Source: an uncultured Clostridia bacterium
GTDB taxonomy: Bacteria > Bacillota > Clostridia > TANB77 > CAG-508
DNA length: 55,466 nt
Direction of reading: 5' to 3'
NCBI GenBank assembly: GCA_947629085.1
Contig: CANRCM010000003.1
Location: forward strand, 1-55,466
The position numbers were made by a program, and so were the translations under genes. Shown here piece by piece: positions 10,415 through 20,053 of the stretch (its first letter is position 1; every line of letters begins with the position of its first letter). Below the pieces are notes generated by a model. It did not search any database. It had not been told where the DNA came from and worked only from the letters and a program-made list of their open reading frames with translations.

Positions 10415-12526
10415 CTACAATAACTCAAAATTAACCTCTCTTAATAATTTACTTGCTGATATGACTCTAATGTTTACCTTATCTCCTATTTTATATACTA
10501 TATTTGAATGTTTTCCTATTAACCTTTTCTTTTCTTCGTCATATATAAAATATTCATTGCCTAAATTTTCAAATCTAATTAATCCTTCTACTGTATTTTC
10601 TAATTCGACAAACATTCCAAATGGCGTTATAGAAGATATTATTCCTTGGTATTCTTCTCCTATTTTTGATTCCATATATTCTGCCTTTTTGATATTCTCT
10701 GCTTCTCTTTCAACTACAGTCGCAACCTTCTCTCTTTCAGAAGATTGATTAGCTCTATTTTCTGCCTCCTCTTTGTACTGTTTTATAAAGTCTTCTCCTA
10801 CATCATAATCTTTCTCTAAATACTTTGAAATAATTCGATGTATAAATAAATCAGGATATCTTCTAATAGGAGATGTAAAATGACAATAATACTTACTTGC
10901 AATTCCAAAATGTCCTTTATTTTCAGATTCATATTTTGCAACCTTAAGAGTTCTAAGTATTAATGTAGAAATTACTTTTTCTTCTTCTTTTTTATTTATT
11001 TTTTCTAATACTTTTGAAAATTCCTTTGGATAAATATTATCTTTATTTGCTTTTATATTCAATCCAAAATTCCATAAAAATCTATTTAACTCCTGAACTT
11101 TTTCTATATCGGGTTTTTCATGAACTCGATATATAAACGGTGCATCAATCCAAAAAAATTTTTCAGCAACTGCTTCATTTGCAGTTATCATAAATTGTTC
11201 TATTATCTCATGTGCAAATGTAGTTTTATATTTAGAAATATTTGTAACATGTCCATCGGCATCTAAATCTATTTTACTTTCAGGGATATTTAAATTTAAA
11301 TATCCTTCATTTAATCTTCTATTTTTTAGGATGATCGCCAGTTCCTCCATATTTTTAAATTCTTGAATATATTTAGAATATTTTTTTAGTATTTTTTCAT
11401 CTGAACTATCTATTATTTTTTGAACATCTGTATAACTCATCCTTTGCGTTACTTTAATTATCCCCTTATATATCTCTGAGGAAACTATACTTCCATTTTT
11501 ATCTATTTCTACAGAACATGATAATGTGAATCTATCTTCACCGGCATTTAAGCTACAAATACCATTTGATAATTCTTTAGGAAGCATAGGAATTACTCTT
11601 CCTAACATATAAATGCTTGTCCCCCTAATTAAAGCTTCTTGATCTAATAAGCTATTTTCTTTTACATAGTAGCTTACATCTGCTATATGAACATCTAATT
11701 TATAATTTCCATTTTCCAGTTTTTCTACTCTTACTGCATCATCTAAATCTTTTGCATCTTCTCCATCTATTGTAAAAATAATTTTATCTCTTAAATCCAC
11801 TCTATTTGCTATATCTTTTTTGTCTATATGATTTCCACATCTTTTAGCTTCTTCTAAAACATTTTTAGGAAATTCCTCTGGTAATTTATACTCTTTTATT
11901 AAAGATAACATATCAACTCTTGCTTCATTAATATTACCTAATATTTCAATTATTTTTCCCTCTGCCTTCTTTCCATTTTGAGGGTATTTAATTATTTTTA
12001 CTAAAACTTTATAATTATTTTTTGCATTTCCAAAATTACTTTTTGATATATAAATATCTGTTCCAAAATTTTTATCATCAGGGATTACAAACCCAAAATT
12101 TTGATTTCTTTGAAATATTCCTACTACTATATTTTTTTCATGTTTTAATATTTTTACTATTTTTCCTTCTGCATTTTTCTCTTTACTTTTATTTTCTAGT
12201 ATCTTTACTAATACTTTATCCCCATTTAAAGCATTTAACGATTTTTCTTTTGAAATATAAATTTCTTCTTCACCTATTTTTACAAATCCAAATCCCTTTT
12301 TACTTTTTCTATAATATCCTTCATAATATTGTTCTTCACATATACTATATCTATTTTTTCTATTTCTCTTAATCTTATATTCATCTTCTAATTCTTTTAA
12401 CACATTTAGGAAATCATTATATTCATTTTTAGGCACTCCAAAAATCATAGCTATTTCTTTTGCCTTCATTGGAGAATATTCTTTATCTTTTAAAAACTCT
12501 AATATTTTTTCTTTTCTTTCTTCCAT
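10415..12526 (-). CDS. rnr: ribonuclease R
   Basis: 703 aa with an N-terminal HTH/cold-shock-like region, an RNB catalytic domain (DGEDAKDLDDAV, HFTSPIRRYPD) and a C-terminal S1 domain. Confidence 0.95.
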   Translation of the reverse strand: MEERKEKILEFLKDKEYSPMKAKEIAMIFGVPKNEYNDFLNVLKELEDEYKIKRNRKNRYSICEEQYYEGYYRKSKKGFGFVKIGEEEIYISKEKSLNALNGDKVLVKILENKSKEKNAEGKIVKILKHEKNIVVGIFQRNQNFGFVIPDDKNFGTDIYISKSNFGNAKNNYKVLVKIIKYPQNGKKAEGKIIEILGNINEARVDMLSLIKEYKLPEEFPKNVLEEAKRCGNHIDKKDIANRVDLRDKIIFTIDGEDAKDLDDAVRVEKLENGNYKLDVHIADVSYYVKENSLLDQEALIRGTSIYMLGRVIPMLPKELSNGICSLNAGEDRFTLSCSVEIDKNGSIVSSEIYKGIIKVTQRMSYTDVQKIIDSSDEKILKKYSKYIQEFKNMEELAIILKNRRLNEGYLNLNIPESKIDLDADGHVTNISKYKTTFAHEIIEQFMITANEAVAEKFFWIDAPFIYRVHEKPDIEKVQELNRFLWNFGLNIKANKDNIYPKEFSKVLEKINKKEEEKVISTLILRTLKVAKYESENKGHFGIASKYYCHFTSPIRRYPDLFIHRIISKYLEKDYDVGEDFIKQYKEEAENRANQSSEREKVATVVEREAENIKKAEYMESKIGEEYQGIISSITPFGMFVELENTVEGLIRFENLGNEYFIYDEEKKRLIGKHSNIVYKIGDKVNIRVISASKLLREVNFELL

Positions 12527-12598
12527 TATTTTTTATTTCCCTTCTATTATAACAAAAAAAGGTAGCTTCCTTGTGAAAACTGCCTCTTTTCCTTTATT

Positions 12599-12847
12599 TT
12601 ATACCATATATATAATTCCTAATACAATTGTTAATATTACAAACATTACTGATAAAATAATTGTCCATTTTTTTTGTTTACCTTCTTTAGTTCTGCCTTT
12701 ATTTTTCTCAAAAAAATTACTTGTTGATGAACCTGTTATTGTTGAAGATAATCCTGGATCATCCTTTGTTTGTATTAATGTTAATATTATCAAAACTAAT
12801 CCTATAATAAAATAAATTGCTATAAGTATTCCTTTTACTATTTCCAT
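12599..12847 (-). CDS. secG: preprotein translocase subunit SecG
   Basis: 82 aa, two TM segments with a Gly/Ser-rich loop, downstream-adjacent to rnr as in many Firmicutes. Confidence 0.8.
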   Translation of the reverse strand: MEIVKGILIAIYFIIGLVLIILTLIQTKDDPGLSSTITGSSTSNFFEKNKGRTKEGKQKKWTIILSVMFVILTIVLGIIYMV

Positions 12848-12952
12848 TTATTTTTCCTCCTAACAGTCTTTTGCGTAATTACTCATGTATTGTAACATAT
12901 ATTATCGCAAAATGCAAACACTTTTTAGTATTTTTTATTTTATTCATAATTT

Positions 12953-13531
12953 TTAATCTATATATCCTTTTATAATATCGTACAGTTTATGTGTAGGAAG
13001 TCCTACTGCTGTTGTATAATTTCCTTCTATTTTTTCTACAAAAACACAAAATTCATCTTGTATACCATATGCACCTGCTTTATCCAAAGCCTTTCCTTTA
13101 CTTATCCATTTTTCTATTTCTTCATTTTTTATATTCTTTAAGAAAACTTTTACTTTATCAAATGTTTTATATTCTTTATATGTTCCATCTTTTTGTATAA
13201 TAACACATAATCCTGTAATTATACTATGAGCTTTATCATCTGACAATAATTCATTTATCATTTGTTTAGCATGATTTTTATCTTTTGGTTTTCCATATAT
13301 TTTATTATTTTTAACAACCATGGTATCTGCAGCAATTATTATTCTATCTCCACTCGTTTTTTCATATATATCTTTTGCTTTTATATAGGCTAATTTAGTA
13401 ACTTGATCTTGTAATGTTAATCCTGCTTCTAATTTTTCATCTACTTCACTTACTAATATCTCAAATTTAGGAATTATTAATGTTAATAATTCCTTCCTCC
13501 TTGGTGAACCAGATGCTAATATAATTTTCAT
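12953..13531 (-). CDS. maf: Maf-like nucleoside triphosphate pyrophosphatase
   Basis: MKIILASGSPRRKELL start motif and AGAYGIQ motif. The start is placed at the internal Met of ORF 12953..13567. Confidence 0.9.
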   Translation of the reverse strand: MKIILASGSPRRKELLTLIIPKFEILVSEVDEKLEAGLTLQDQVTKLAYIKAKDIYEKTSGDRIIIAADTMVVKNNKIYGKPKDKNHAKQMINELLSDDKAHSIITGLCVIIQKDGTYKEYKTFDKVKVFLKNIKNEEIEKWISKGKALDKAGAYGIQDEFCVFVEKIEGNYTTAVGLPTHKLYDIIKGYID

Positions 13532-13548
13532 AAAAATCTCTCCTATCT

Positions 13549-14223
13549 CTATCTTAGTATGCACCACGTTCCAACTTTTTTAGGAAAATCTTTAAAAGTC
13601 ATACTTTCTTTTGTTATTGGATGTTCTATTGTAAGTTCATATGCCCATAAAGCAATTGGTTTTCCTCTTCCTCTAGATCCATATTTTTGATCTCCAAAAA
13701 TACTATGACCATAATTAGATAATTGAACCCTTATTTGATGATGTCTTCCTGTATATAAATTTATCTTTAATAAACTTAAATTTTTTATCTCATTATATTT
13801 TAATACTTCATAATCTAATTTAGCAAACTTTGCATTTTTCTTTTCTTTACTTACTACTTTACTTATATTTTTCCTTTGATCTTTATAAAGATAATCTTCT
13901 AATGTACCTTTTCGATTTTCTAGCTTACCATCTACTACTGCTAAATACCTTTTTTTAAATATTTTCTCTCTTACTTGATTACTTAATCTAGAAGCTGCTT
14001 TTGATGTTTTAGCAAAAATCATAATCCCACCAACTGGCCTATCTAATCTATGTACTAATCCTAAATACACATTTCCAGGCTTATTATATTTATCTTTTAT
14101 ATATGATTTTACTAGAGTCAGCATATCCATATCCTCAGTTTTATCTGCTTGTGATGGAATATTAGGTTCTTTTTCAACTACAATTATATGATTATCTTCA
14201 TATATTACTTTTAAATTCTGCAT
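13549..14223 (-). CDS. RluA-family pseudouridine synthase (short form, no S4 domain)
   Basis: HRLDRPVGGIMIFAKT catalytic motif and HQIR motif. Confidence 0.85.
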   Translation of the reverse strand: MQNLKVIYEDNHIIVVEKEPNIPSQADKTEDMDMLTLVKSYIKDKYNKPGNVYLGLVHRLDRPVGGIMIFAKTSKAASRLSNQVREKIFKKRYLAVVDGKLENRKGTLEDYLYKDQRKNISKVVSKEKKNAKFAKLDYEVLKYNEIKNLSLLKINLYTGRHHQIRVQLSNYGHSIFGDQKYGSRGRGKPIALWAYELTIEHPITKESMTFKDFPKKVGTWCILR

Positions 14224-15087
14224 TTATTTCTCCCATCTACCATAAATTCCACATGGTAAAATTAATTTAGAGTCTTGCATTGGTATACCAACTTCTCCAC
14301 ATTCTATTTTTCCTTTATAATTTTTATCTACTGTTATATTTAATATGTTTTTTAAAACAGAACTTGATATTCCTGTAGTATATGAATTAATTAAAAAGAA
14401 TAATGGATTATCTGATAATACCTTTGTACATAATTTTACTAAATCATATATATTATTTTCAAATTGCCACACTTCTCCTTTTGCACCTCTTCCATATGAT
14501 GGTGGATCCATTATAATTGCATCATATTTATTTCCACGTCTAATTTCTCTATTTACAAATTTTACTACATCATCTACTATAAATCTAACTGGTTTATTTT
14601 TTAACCCTGAAGACACTACATTTTCTTTTGCCCATGTTGTCATTCCTTTTGAACTATCAACATGGCATACTGATGCACCAGCATAAAGACATGCAACTGT
14701 TGCTCCTCCTGTATATGCAAATAGATTTAAAACTTTTATTTCCCTTTTTTCAGATTTTATTTTGCTTATCATCCAATCCCAATTAACTGCTTGTTCTGGA
14801 AATAGCCCTGTATGCTTAAATCCCATAGGCTTTATATTAAATGTTAAATTTTTATAATGTATTTGCCACTGTTTAGGTATATTATTGTTAAATTCCCAAG
14901 ACCCTCCTCCTGTTTTACTTCTGTGATATGTTGCATTTATTTTTTGCCATTTATTTGGATAGCTCTTTTCTTTCCAAATAATTTGAGGATCCGGTCTAGA
15001 TAATATTACATCTCCCCATTGTTCTAGTTTTTGACCATTTGACATATCTAAAATTTTATATTCTTTCCATTCATTTGCTAATTTCAT
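14224..15087 (-). CDS. class I SAM-dependent methyltransferase (RlmI-like catalytic domain)
   Basis: LNLFAYTGGATV and IIMDPPSYGRG motifs. The ORF abuts the RluA-family gene. Confidence 0.75.
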   Translation of the reverse strand: MKLANEWKEYKILDMSNGQKLEQWGDVILSRPDPQIIWKEKSYPNKWQKINATYHRSKTGGGSWEFNNNIPKQWQIHYKNLTFNIKPMGFKHTGLFPEQAVNWDWMISKIKSEKREIKVLNLFAYTGGATVACLYAGASVCHVDSSKGMTTWAKENVVSSGLKNKPVRFIVDDVVKFVNREIRRGNKYDAIIMDPPSYGRGAKGEVWQFENNIYDLVKLCTKVLSDNPLFFLINSYTTGISSSVLKNILNITVDKNYKGKIECGEVGIPMQDSKLILPCGIYGRWEK

Positions 15088-15140
15088 AACAAAAAACTAC
15101 TATCCTTTCCTTATTAGAATAGTAGTATTTTACCATATTT

Positions 15141-15350
15141 TTATATATTTTGCAAAATTTTAATAAAACTATTAATCATAATTATATTTGCAATTGAAAA
15201 TACTGCAAATGCAATACTAACTGTTGTTATAAATTTATGCATTTTAATAAATCTCTTTATCTTACTTATAACTCTTTCTTTTTTTATAACTAACTTGTCC
15301 AATCTTGTATTGTACATAACCTCGTAAAACTTTTCTTTTGCATATTCCAT
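15141..15350 (-). CDS. small tail-anchored membrane protein, hypothetical
   Basis: 69 aa, AAGGGGGAT RBS, single C-terminal TM segment. Confidence 0.4.
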   Translation of the reverse strand: MEYAKEKFYEVMYNTRLDKLVIKKERVISKIKRFIKMHKFITTVSIAFAVFSIANIIMINSFIKILQNI

Positions 15351-15474
15351 AAATATATCCCCCTTATTATATATAATATATATATCTATATATATTCATG
15401 AAATATAATTTTATTCCTAATTATAAAAAATTTTATAAAATTAATTTTCATTATAGTTAACATATTTGTATTGT

Positions 15475-15503
15475 TTGATTTTTATGTAAATATATGTTAT
15501 AAT
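15475..15503 (+). promoter_or_regulatory. candidate sigma-A promoter upstream of ORF 15575
   Basis: TTGATT, 17 nt spacer, TATAAT. It is followed by the CGAATATTCG palindrome in the 5' UTR (about 15521..15534). Confidence 0.45.
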
Positions 15504-15574
15504 AAAAGAGTATAAGAGGCGAATATTCGACCTCGAAATAGGAAAAACTTATTTATATTTTTAGGAGGCATCTT

Positions 15575-16072
15575 ATGAAAAAAACATCAACAGGAAAAAC
15601 AACCAAATTTATAAGCAAGAACAAGAGGATTATTCAGCTAACAGCTATATTCCTATTATTAGTAATTTTTTCACTATCAGTTCGGTTTATAGCCAATATT
15701 TATGGATTTGTGGCTGAGACAATTGACACAATTACGTGGAAATTTTATGTACCTTATACTATCGCTGTGATAATAGTACTATTTTTAGTAATTTTTGAAG
15801 AATATTTCTTTTATAATAAAAAACTTAAGCACATATTTTTGAAAATTCTTCTACTGATTTTACTTACTATTTTCATCACAATTTTGTTAATTGTACTTTT
15901 CTTAATTGTAGCCAATTGGAATCTATTCCAAACTAGTGTATGGATGAAAACTATTTCTATTCCTGGAAATTTCATTCAAGGTTTTGGAAGTGCATTAACG
16001 CTATTGGTATTAAGTATTGTTATATTGTCTATAATAATTTTGGCCGAAAAATTTTTAAGGAAAAAAAGATAA
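15575..16072 (+). CDS. polytopic membrane protein, hypothetical; contains the only in-frame CGG (15683..15685) whose +1 reading hits a stop
   Basis: Strong AGGAGG RBS; 165 aa with four or more TM segments. If the CGG rule seen elsewhere applies, the product would end as SLSV-GL* at 15692. Confidence 0.5.
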   Translation: MKKTSTGKTTKFISKNKRIIQLTAIFLLLVIFSLSVRFIANIYGFVAETIDTITWKFYVPYTIAVIIVLFLVIFEEYFFYNKKLKHIFLKILLLILLTIFITILLIVLFLIVANWNLFQTSVWMKTISIPGNFIQGFGSALTLLVLSIVILSIIILAEKFLRKKR

Positions 16073-16094
16073 AAGCAGGGTAATCTCTGCTTTT
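16073..16094. terminator. hairpin between convergent ORF 15575 and uvrC
   Basis: AAGCAG ggtaatct CTGCTT followed by a T-run. Confidence 0.5.
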
Positions 16095-16100
16095 ATCTTT

Positions 16101-17882
16101 TTATATATTCTTTATCTTTTTTGCTATTTCCTCATTTATTCCTTTAACTTTTATAATTTCTTCAATAGTAGCATTTTTTATTTTCTCAACACTTCCAAAT
16201 CTTTTAAGTAATGCTTGTTTCTTTACTTTACCTATTCCTGGTATATCATCTAATTCTGATTTAGTAATTGATTTATTACGTAGTTTTCTATGATATGTAA
16301 TTGCTGTGTCATGAACTGTATCTTGAAACCTTGTTATCAAATTCATTAATTTATTTGATATTTCTAATTCTTTTCTGTTTTCATCCATTAAAGCTCTTGT
16401 TCTATGTTTATCATCTTTTACCATTCCAAATACAGCAATATTTAAATTATATTTTTCAATAGCTTTTTTAGTTGCTCTTATTTGAGTAATTCCACCATCT
16501 GCAAAAATTACATCAGGTAAGTTACCAAATCCCCCTTTTGGATCTTGTATAGAATGTTTTAGTCTTCTTGTTATAACTTCTTCCATACATCTTGGATCAT
16601 CTTGTCCATATATATTCTTTATTTTAAATCTTCTAGATAAATTCTTTTTTATAACTCCATCTTGCATAACACACATTCCTGCCACCATATATTCACCTGA
16701 TAAATTAGATATATCATAAGTTTCAATTTTTCTTGGTAATTTATCTAATTTTAAGACTTCTTTTAATTCTAATAAAATTTCGCTTTTATCTTTTTCTTTA
16801 TTTTCTAATGTTACTTTACTATTCATCTCTGCCATTTCAACAAAACGTAGTTTTTCGCCTTTTTTGGGTGTCTTTATTTCCACTTTTTTACCAGAAATTG
16901 TGGATAACCATTCTTCTATAGCAGATTTATCTTGTATTTCTTCTCTTATCATTATTTTATTTGGAATATTTGGATTGTCTAAATAATATTGTTTAATAAA
17001 TCCAGATAATATCTCTTTATCTTCCATATCTTTTAACTCTGTATAAAAATAATGTTCTCTTCCTATCATTTTACTTCCGCGCACAAAGAAAATTTCAATA
17101 CAAATTTGTAACTCTGATTTTGCAATTCCAATTACATCAATATTGTTTTCTGATATATTAGAAACTTTTTGTTTTTCTGATACTCTTTGAATTGATTGTA
17201 TTCTATCTCTTAAACTTGCAGCTTTTTCAAATTCCATATTTTTAGACGCTTCATTCATTTGGATTTGTAATTCTCTTATTATTTTATCTGTTTTTCCTTC
17301 TAATAAATCTATAATTTCATTTATCTGCTTTTTATATTCCTCTGGTGTGATATATCCCATACAAGGAGCAAAGCATCTATCTATATGATAATTTAAACAA
17401 GGCCTATCTCTGTCTTTTAACAATCTACATTGACGTATTTTATATTTTTGCTTAATAAAATTAATCATTTCTTTAGCAGCTCCAGGATTAGCATACGGTC
17501 CAAAATACCTTGCTCCATCATTAACTACTTTTCTCGTCATAAAAACTCCAGGATAATCTAATTTTAAATTAATTTTAATATAAGGATATGTTTTATCATC
17601 CTTTAACAAAACATTAAATTTAGGTCTATTCTTTTTTATTAAATTACACTCTAAAATTAGTGCTTCTGCTTCATTATCTACTACAATATATTCAAAATGA
17701 TCAATTAGACTAACCATCCTTTCAATTCTTGCTGTTTTACTATTTTTTCTAAAATACTGTCTTACTCTATTTTTTAAAGAAATTGCTTTACCAACATAAA
17801 TAATGGTGTCATTTTTATCTCTCATCACATAGACACCCGGTTTATTTGGTAGCTTCTTTAATTCTTCCTCTATATTAAACAT
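16101..17882 (-). CDS. uvrC: excinuclease ABC subunit C
   Basis: 593 aa with an N-terminal GIY-YIG motif (GVYVMRDKNDTIIYVGKA), a UVR domain and a C-terminal HhH. Confidence 0.95.
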   Translation of the reverse strand: MFNIEEELKKLPNKPGVYVMRDKNDTIIYVGKAISLKNRVRQYFRKNSKTARIERMVSLIDHFEYIVVDNEAEALILECNLIKKNRPKFNVLLKDDKTYPYIKINLKLDYPGVFMTRKVVNDGARYFGPYANPGAAKEMINFIKQKYKIRQCRLLKDRDRPCLNYHIDRCFAPCMGYITPEEYKKQINEIIDLLEGKTDKIIRELQIQMNEASKNMEFEKAASLRDRIQSIQRVSEKQKVSNISENNIDVIGIAKSELQICIEIFFVRGSKMIGREHYFYTELKDMEDKEILSGFIKQYYLDNPNIPNKIMIREEIQDKSAIEEWLSTISGKKVEIKTPKKGEKLRFVEMAEMNSKVTLENKEKDKSEILLELKEVLKLDKLPRKIETYDISNLSGEYMVAGMCVMQDGVIKKNLSRRFKIKNIYGQDDPRCMEEVITRRLKHSIQDPKGGFGNLPDVIFADGGITQIRATKKAIEKYNLNIAVFGMVKDDKHRTRALMDENRKELEISNKLMNLITRFQDTVHDTAITYHRKLRNKSITKSELDDIPGIGKVKKQALLKRFGSVEKIKNATIEEIIKVKGINEEIAKKIKNI

Positions 17883-17967
17883 TTACTTCACCTTGAAAAT
17901 AATATTTTACTTTAAATATTATACTATTATTTTTTAGAATTGTCCATGTTAATTTAATGTATAACTC

Positions 17968-17996
17968 TTGACAAATTTGGAAAAACTATGTAAAAT
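17968..17996 (+). promoter_or_regulatory. sigma-A promoter of the aspS T-box leader
   Basis: TTGACA 17968..17973, 17 nt spacer, TAAAAT 17991..17996. Confidence 0.7.
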
Positions 17997-18002
17997 AGTA
18001 TT

Positions 18003-18228
18003 TGTAAATTTAAATATACTTGCGTTTGTACAATATAAAGCTTTTAGAAATTACTTTTAGAGAATAAGGGTCTTAGGCTGTAAACCCTTTAAGGTCAACC
18101 TAAAATGTGAAACATATTGGAGCAATTTTTATAAAGTGAAAAATCTAATAACTTTAGATTTTTAAGCCGGGTGGTACCGCGGAAATTATTTCGTCCCTGC
18201 ATAATAACAATGCATGGGCTCTTTTTTT
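18003..18228 (+). promoter_or_regulatory. T-box leader (tRNA-sensing riboswitch) with intrinsic terminator
   Basis: AGAGA bulge and distal loop region around 18058..18090. Conserved T-box sequence AAGCCGGGUGGUACCGCGG at 18164..18182. Terminator hairpin CCCTGCAT/ATGCA(T)GGG at 18195..18218 followed by CTCTTTTTTT. Confidence 0.85.
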
Positions 18229-18253
18229 AGCCAATAATAAGGAGGTTTTTTAA

Positions 18254-20008
18254 ATGAATGAGTATAAGACACATACTTGTAATGAAATTAGTTTAGAAGA
18301 TGTTGGAAAAAAAGTTAGAATTGCGGGATTTGTTGAAACAATTAGAGATCTTGGAGGACTTGTATTTTTAGATATTAGAGATATGTATGGAATAACTCAG
18401 GTTGTTACTTCTGGAAAACCAGAAGATGTTGACTTTGCCTCTCATATACCAATTGAATCTTCTGTTACTGTTTTTGGAGAAGTTAAAAAAAGAGATGTAG
18501 AAACTATTAATCAAAAATTAAAAACTGGTTTAGTTGAAATTAGAATTGAAGAAATAAAAATTTTAGGTAAAAGAACTAAAAATTTACCTTTTGAAGTAAA
18601 TACAGATCAAGATATTAGAGAAGATTTAAGACTTCAGTATCGTTTTCTTGATTTGAGAAATAATAAACTAAAAAATAATATCATATTAAGAGCAAAAGTA
18701 CTTCAATTTTTAAGAACTCAAATGATTAATCAAGGTTTTTTAGAAGTTCAAACTCCAATTTTAACTAGTTCATCTCCTGAAGGTGCAAGAGATTACTTAG
18801 TACCAAGTAGATTACATGAGGGAAAGTTTTATGCACTTCCTCAAGCACCACAACAATTCAAACAATTATTGATGGTCTCTGGAATTGATAAATACTTCCA
18901 AATTGCACCTTGTTTTAGGGACGAAGATGCAAGAGCAGATAGAGCTCCTGGTGAATTTTATCAATTAGATATGGAAATGGCATATGCAACACAAGAAGAT
19001 GTATTTGATGCAATTGAACCTGTAATTTATAACACATTTAAAGAATTTTCTAATAAAGATATACCAGATAATCCTTTTCCAAGAATTTCTTATAAAGATG
19101 CTATGGTTACGTATGGTACTGATAAACCAGATCTAAGAAATCCTTTATTTATCATAGATTTATCTGAATTCTTTAATAAATGTACTTTTAAGCCATTCAT
19201 TAATAGAACTGTAAGAGCTATAAAAGTTAAAGGTCACTTATCTAAAGGTTTTCATGAAAAAATGCTAAAATTCGCCACATCAATTGGAATGGGTGGACTT
19301 GGTTATTTAGAAGTTCAAGATGACTTAAGTTATAAAGGCCCTATTGATAAATTTATTCCAGATGATTTAAAACAAGAATTATTAACTTTAGCAGGATTGG
19401 AAAAACAAGATACAATTTTCTTTATTGCAGATAATGAAAAAAGAGCAACTGATCTTTCTGGACAAATTAGAACTGAACTTGCAAATAGATTAGATCTAAT
19501 TAATAAAGATGTATATAAATTCTGTTGGATTGTAGATTTTCCAATGTTTGAATTAGATGACCAAGAGCAATTACAATTTAGCCATAATCCATTTTCTATG
19601 CCACAAGGTGGTTTAGATGCACTAAATAATGAAGATCCATTAGATATTTTAGCATATCAATATGATTTAGTATGTAATGGTGTTGAACTTTCTTCTGGAG
19701 CTGTTCGTAATCATAATATAGAAATTATGCTTAAAGCTTTTAAAATGGCGGGATATACTGAGGAAGAAGTAAAAACAAAATTTGGTGCTTTATACACAGC
19801 ATTTCAATTTGGTGCTCCACCTCATGCTGGTATTGCTCCTGGATTTGATAGAATGCTTATGCTTTTAACTGACTCTGATACAATTAGAGATGTTATAGCA
19901 TTTCCTCTAAACAGTAAAGCTCAAGACTTAATGATGGGAGCTCCAGGCAATGTCAATTATGATCAATTAAGAGATGTTCATATAAAAGTTGATATTAAAA
20001 ATAAATAG
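18254..20008 (+). CDS. aspS: aspartate--tRNA ligase (bacterial type)
   Basis: 584 aa with an OB-fold N-terminus (VRIAGFVETIRDLGGLVFLDIRD) and class II motifs (FQIAPCFRDEDARADR, GIAPGFDRMLM). Confidence 0.95.
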   Translation: MNEYKTHTCNEISLEDVGKKVRIAGFVETIRDLGGLVFLDIRDMYGITQVVTSGKPEDVDFASHIPIESSVTVFGEVKKRDVETINQKLKTGLVEIRIEEIKILGKRTKNLPFEVNTDQDIREDLRLQYRFLDLRNNKLKNNIILRAKVLQFLRTQMINQGFLEVQTPILTSSSPEGARDYLVPSRLHEGKFYALPQAPQQFKQLLMVSGIDKYFQIAPCFRDEDARADRAPGEFYQLDMEMAYATQEDVFDAIEPVIYNTFKEFSNKDIPDNPFPRISYKDAMVTYGTDKPDLRNPLFIIDLSEFFNKCTFKPFINRTVRAIKVKGHLSKGFHEKMLKFATSIGMGGLGYLEVQDDLSYKGPIDKFIPDDLKQELLTLAGLEKQDTIFFIADNEKRATDLSGQIRTELANRLDLINKDVYKFCWIVDFPMFELDDQEQLQFSHNPFSMPQGGLDALNNEDPLDILAYQYDLVCNGVELSSGAVRNHNIEIMLKAFKMAGYTEEEVKTKFGALYTAFQFGAPPHAGIAPGFDRMLMLLTDSDTIRDVIAFPLNSKAQDLMMGAPGNVNYDQLRDVHIKVDIKNK

Positions 20009-20014
20009 AATAGA

Positions 20015-20047
20015 AAAAACCATACTTTTTACTTAAGTATGGTTTTT
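20015..20047. terminator. bidirectional terminator between aspS and adhE
   Basis: AAAAACCATACTT ... AAGTATGGTTTTT stem with T-runs on both strands. Confidence 0.65.
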
Positions 20048-20053
20048 ATTTTT

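Noticed and set aside
12022-12372. Low-complexity ORFs antisense to well-supported genes. Examples: 204..398, 4050..4445, 10461..10748, 12022..12372, 14345..14686, 23089..23613, 28374..28679, 29969..30298, 37702..38046, 39384..39683, 44310..44672, 49279..49752, 51613..51966.
   Set aside because: They are Leu/Phe/Ile/Ser-rich shadows of AT-rich genes on the opposite strand. They lack RBS support and overlap strongly supported CDSs.
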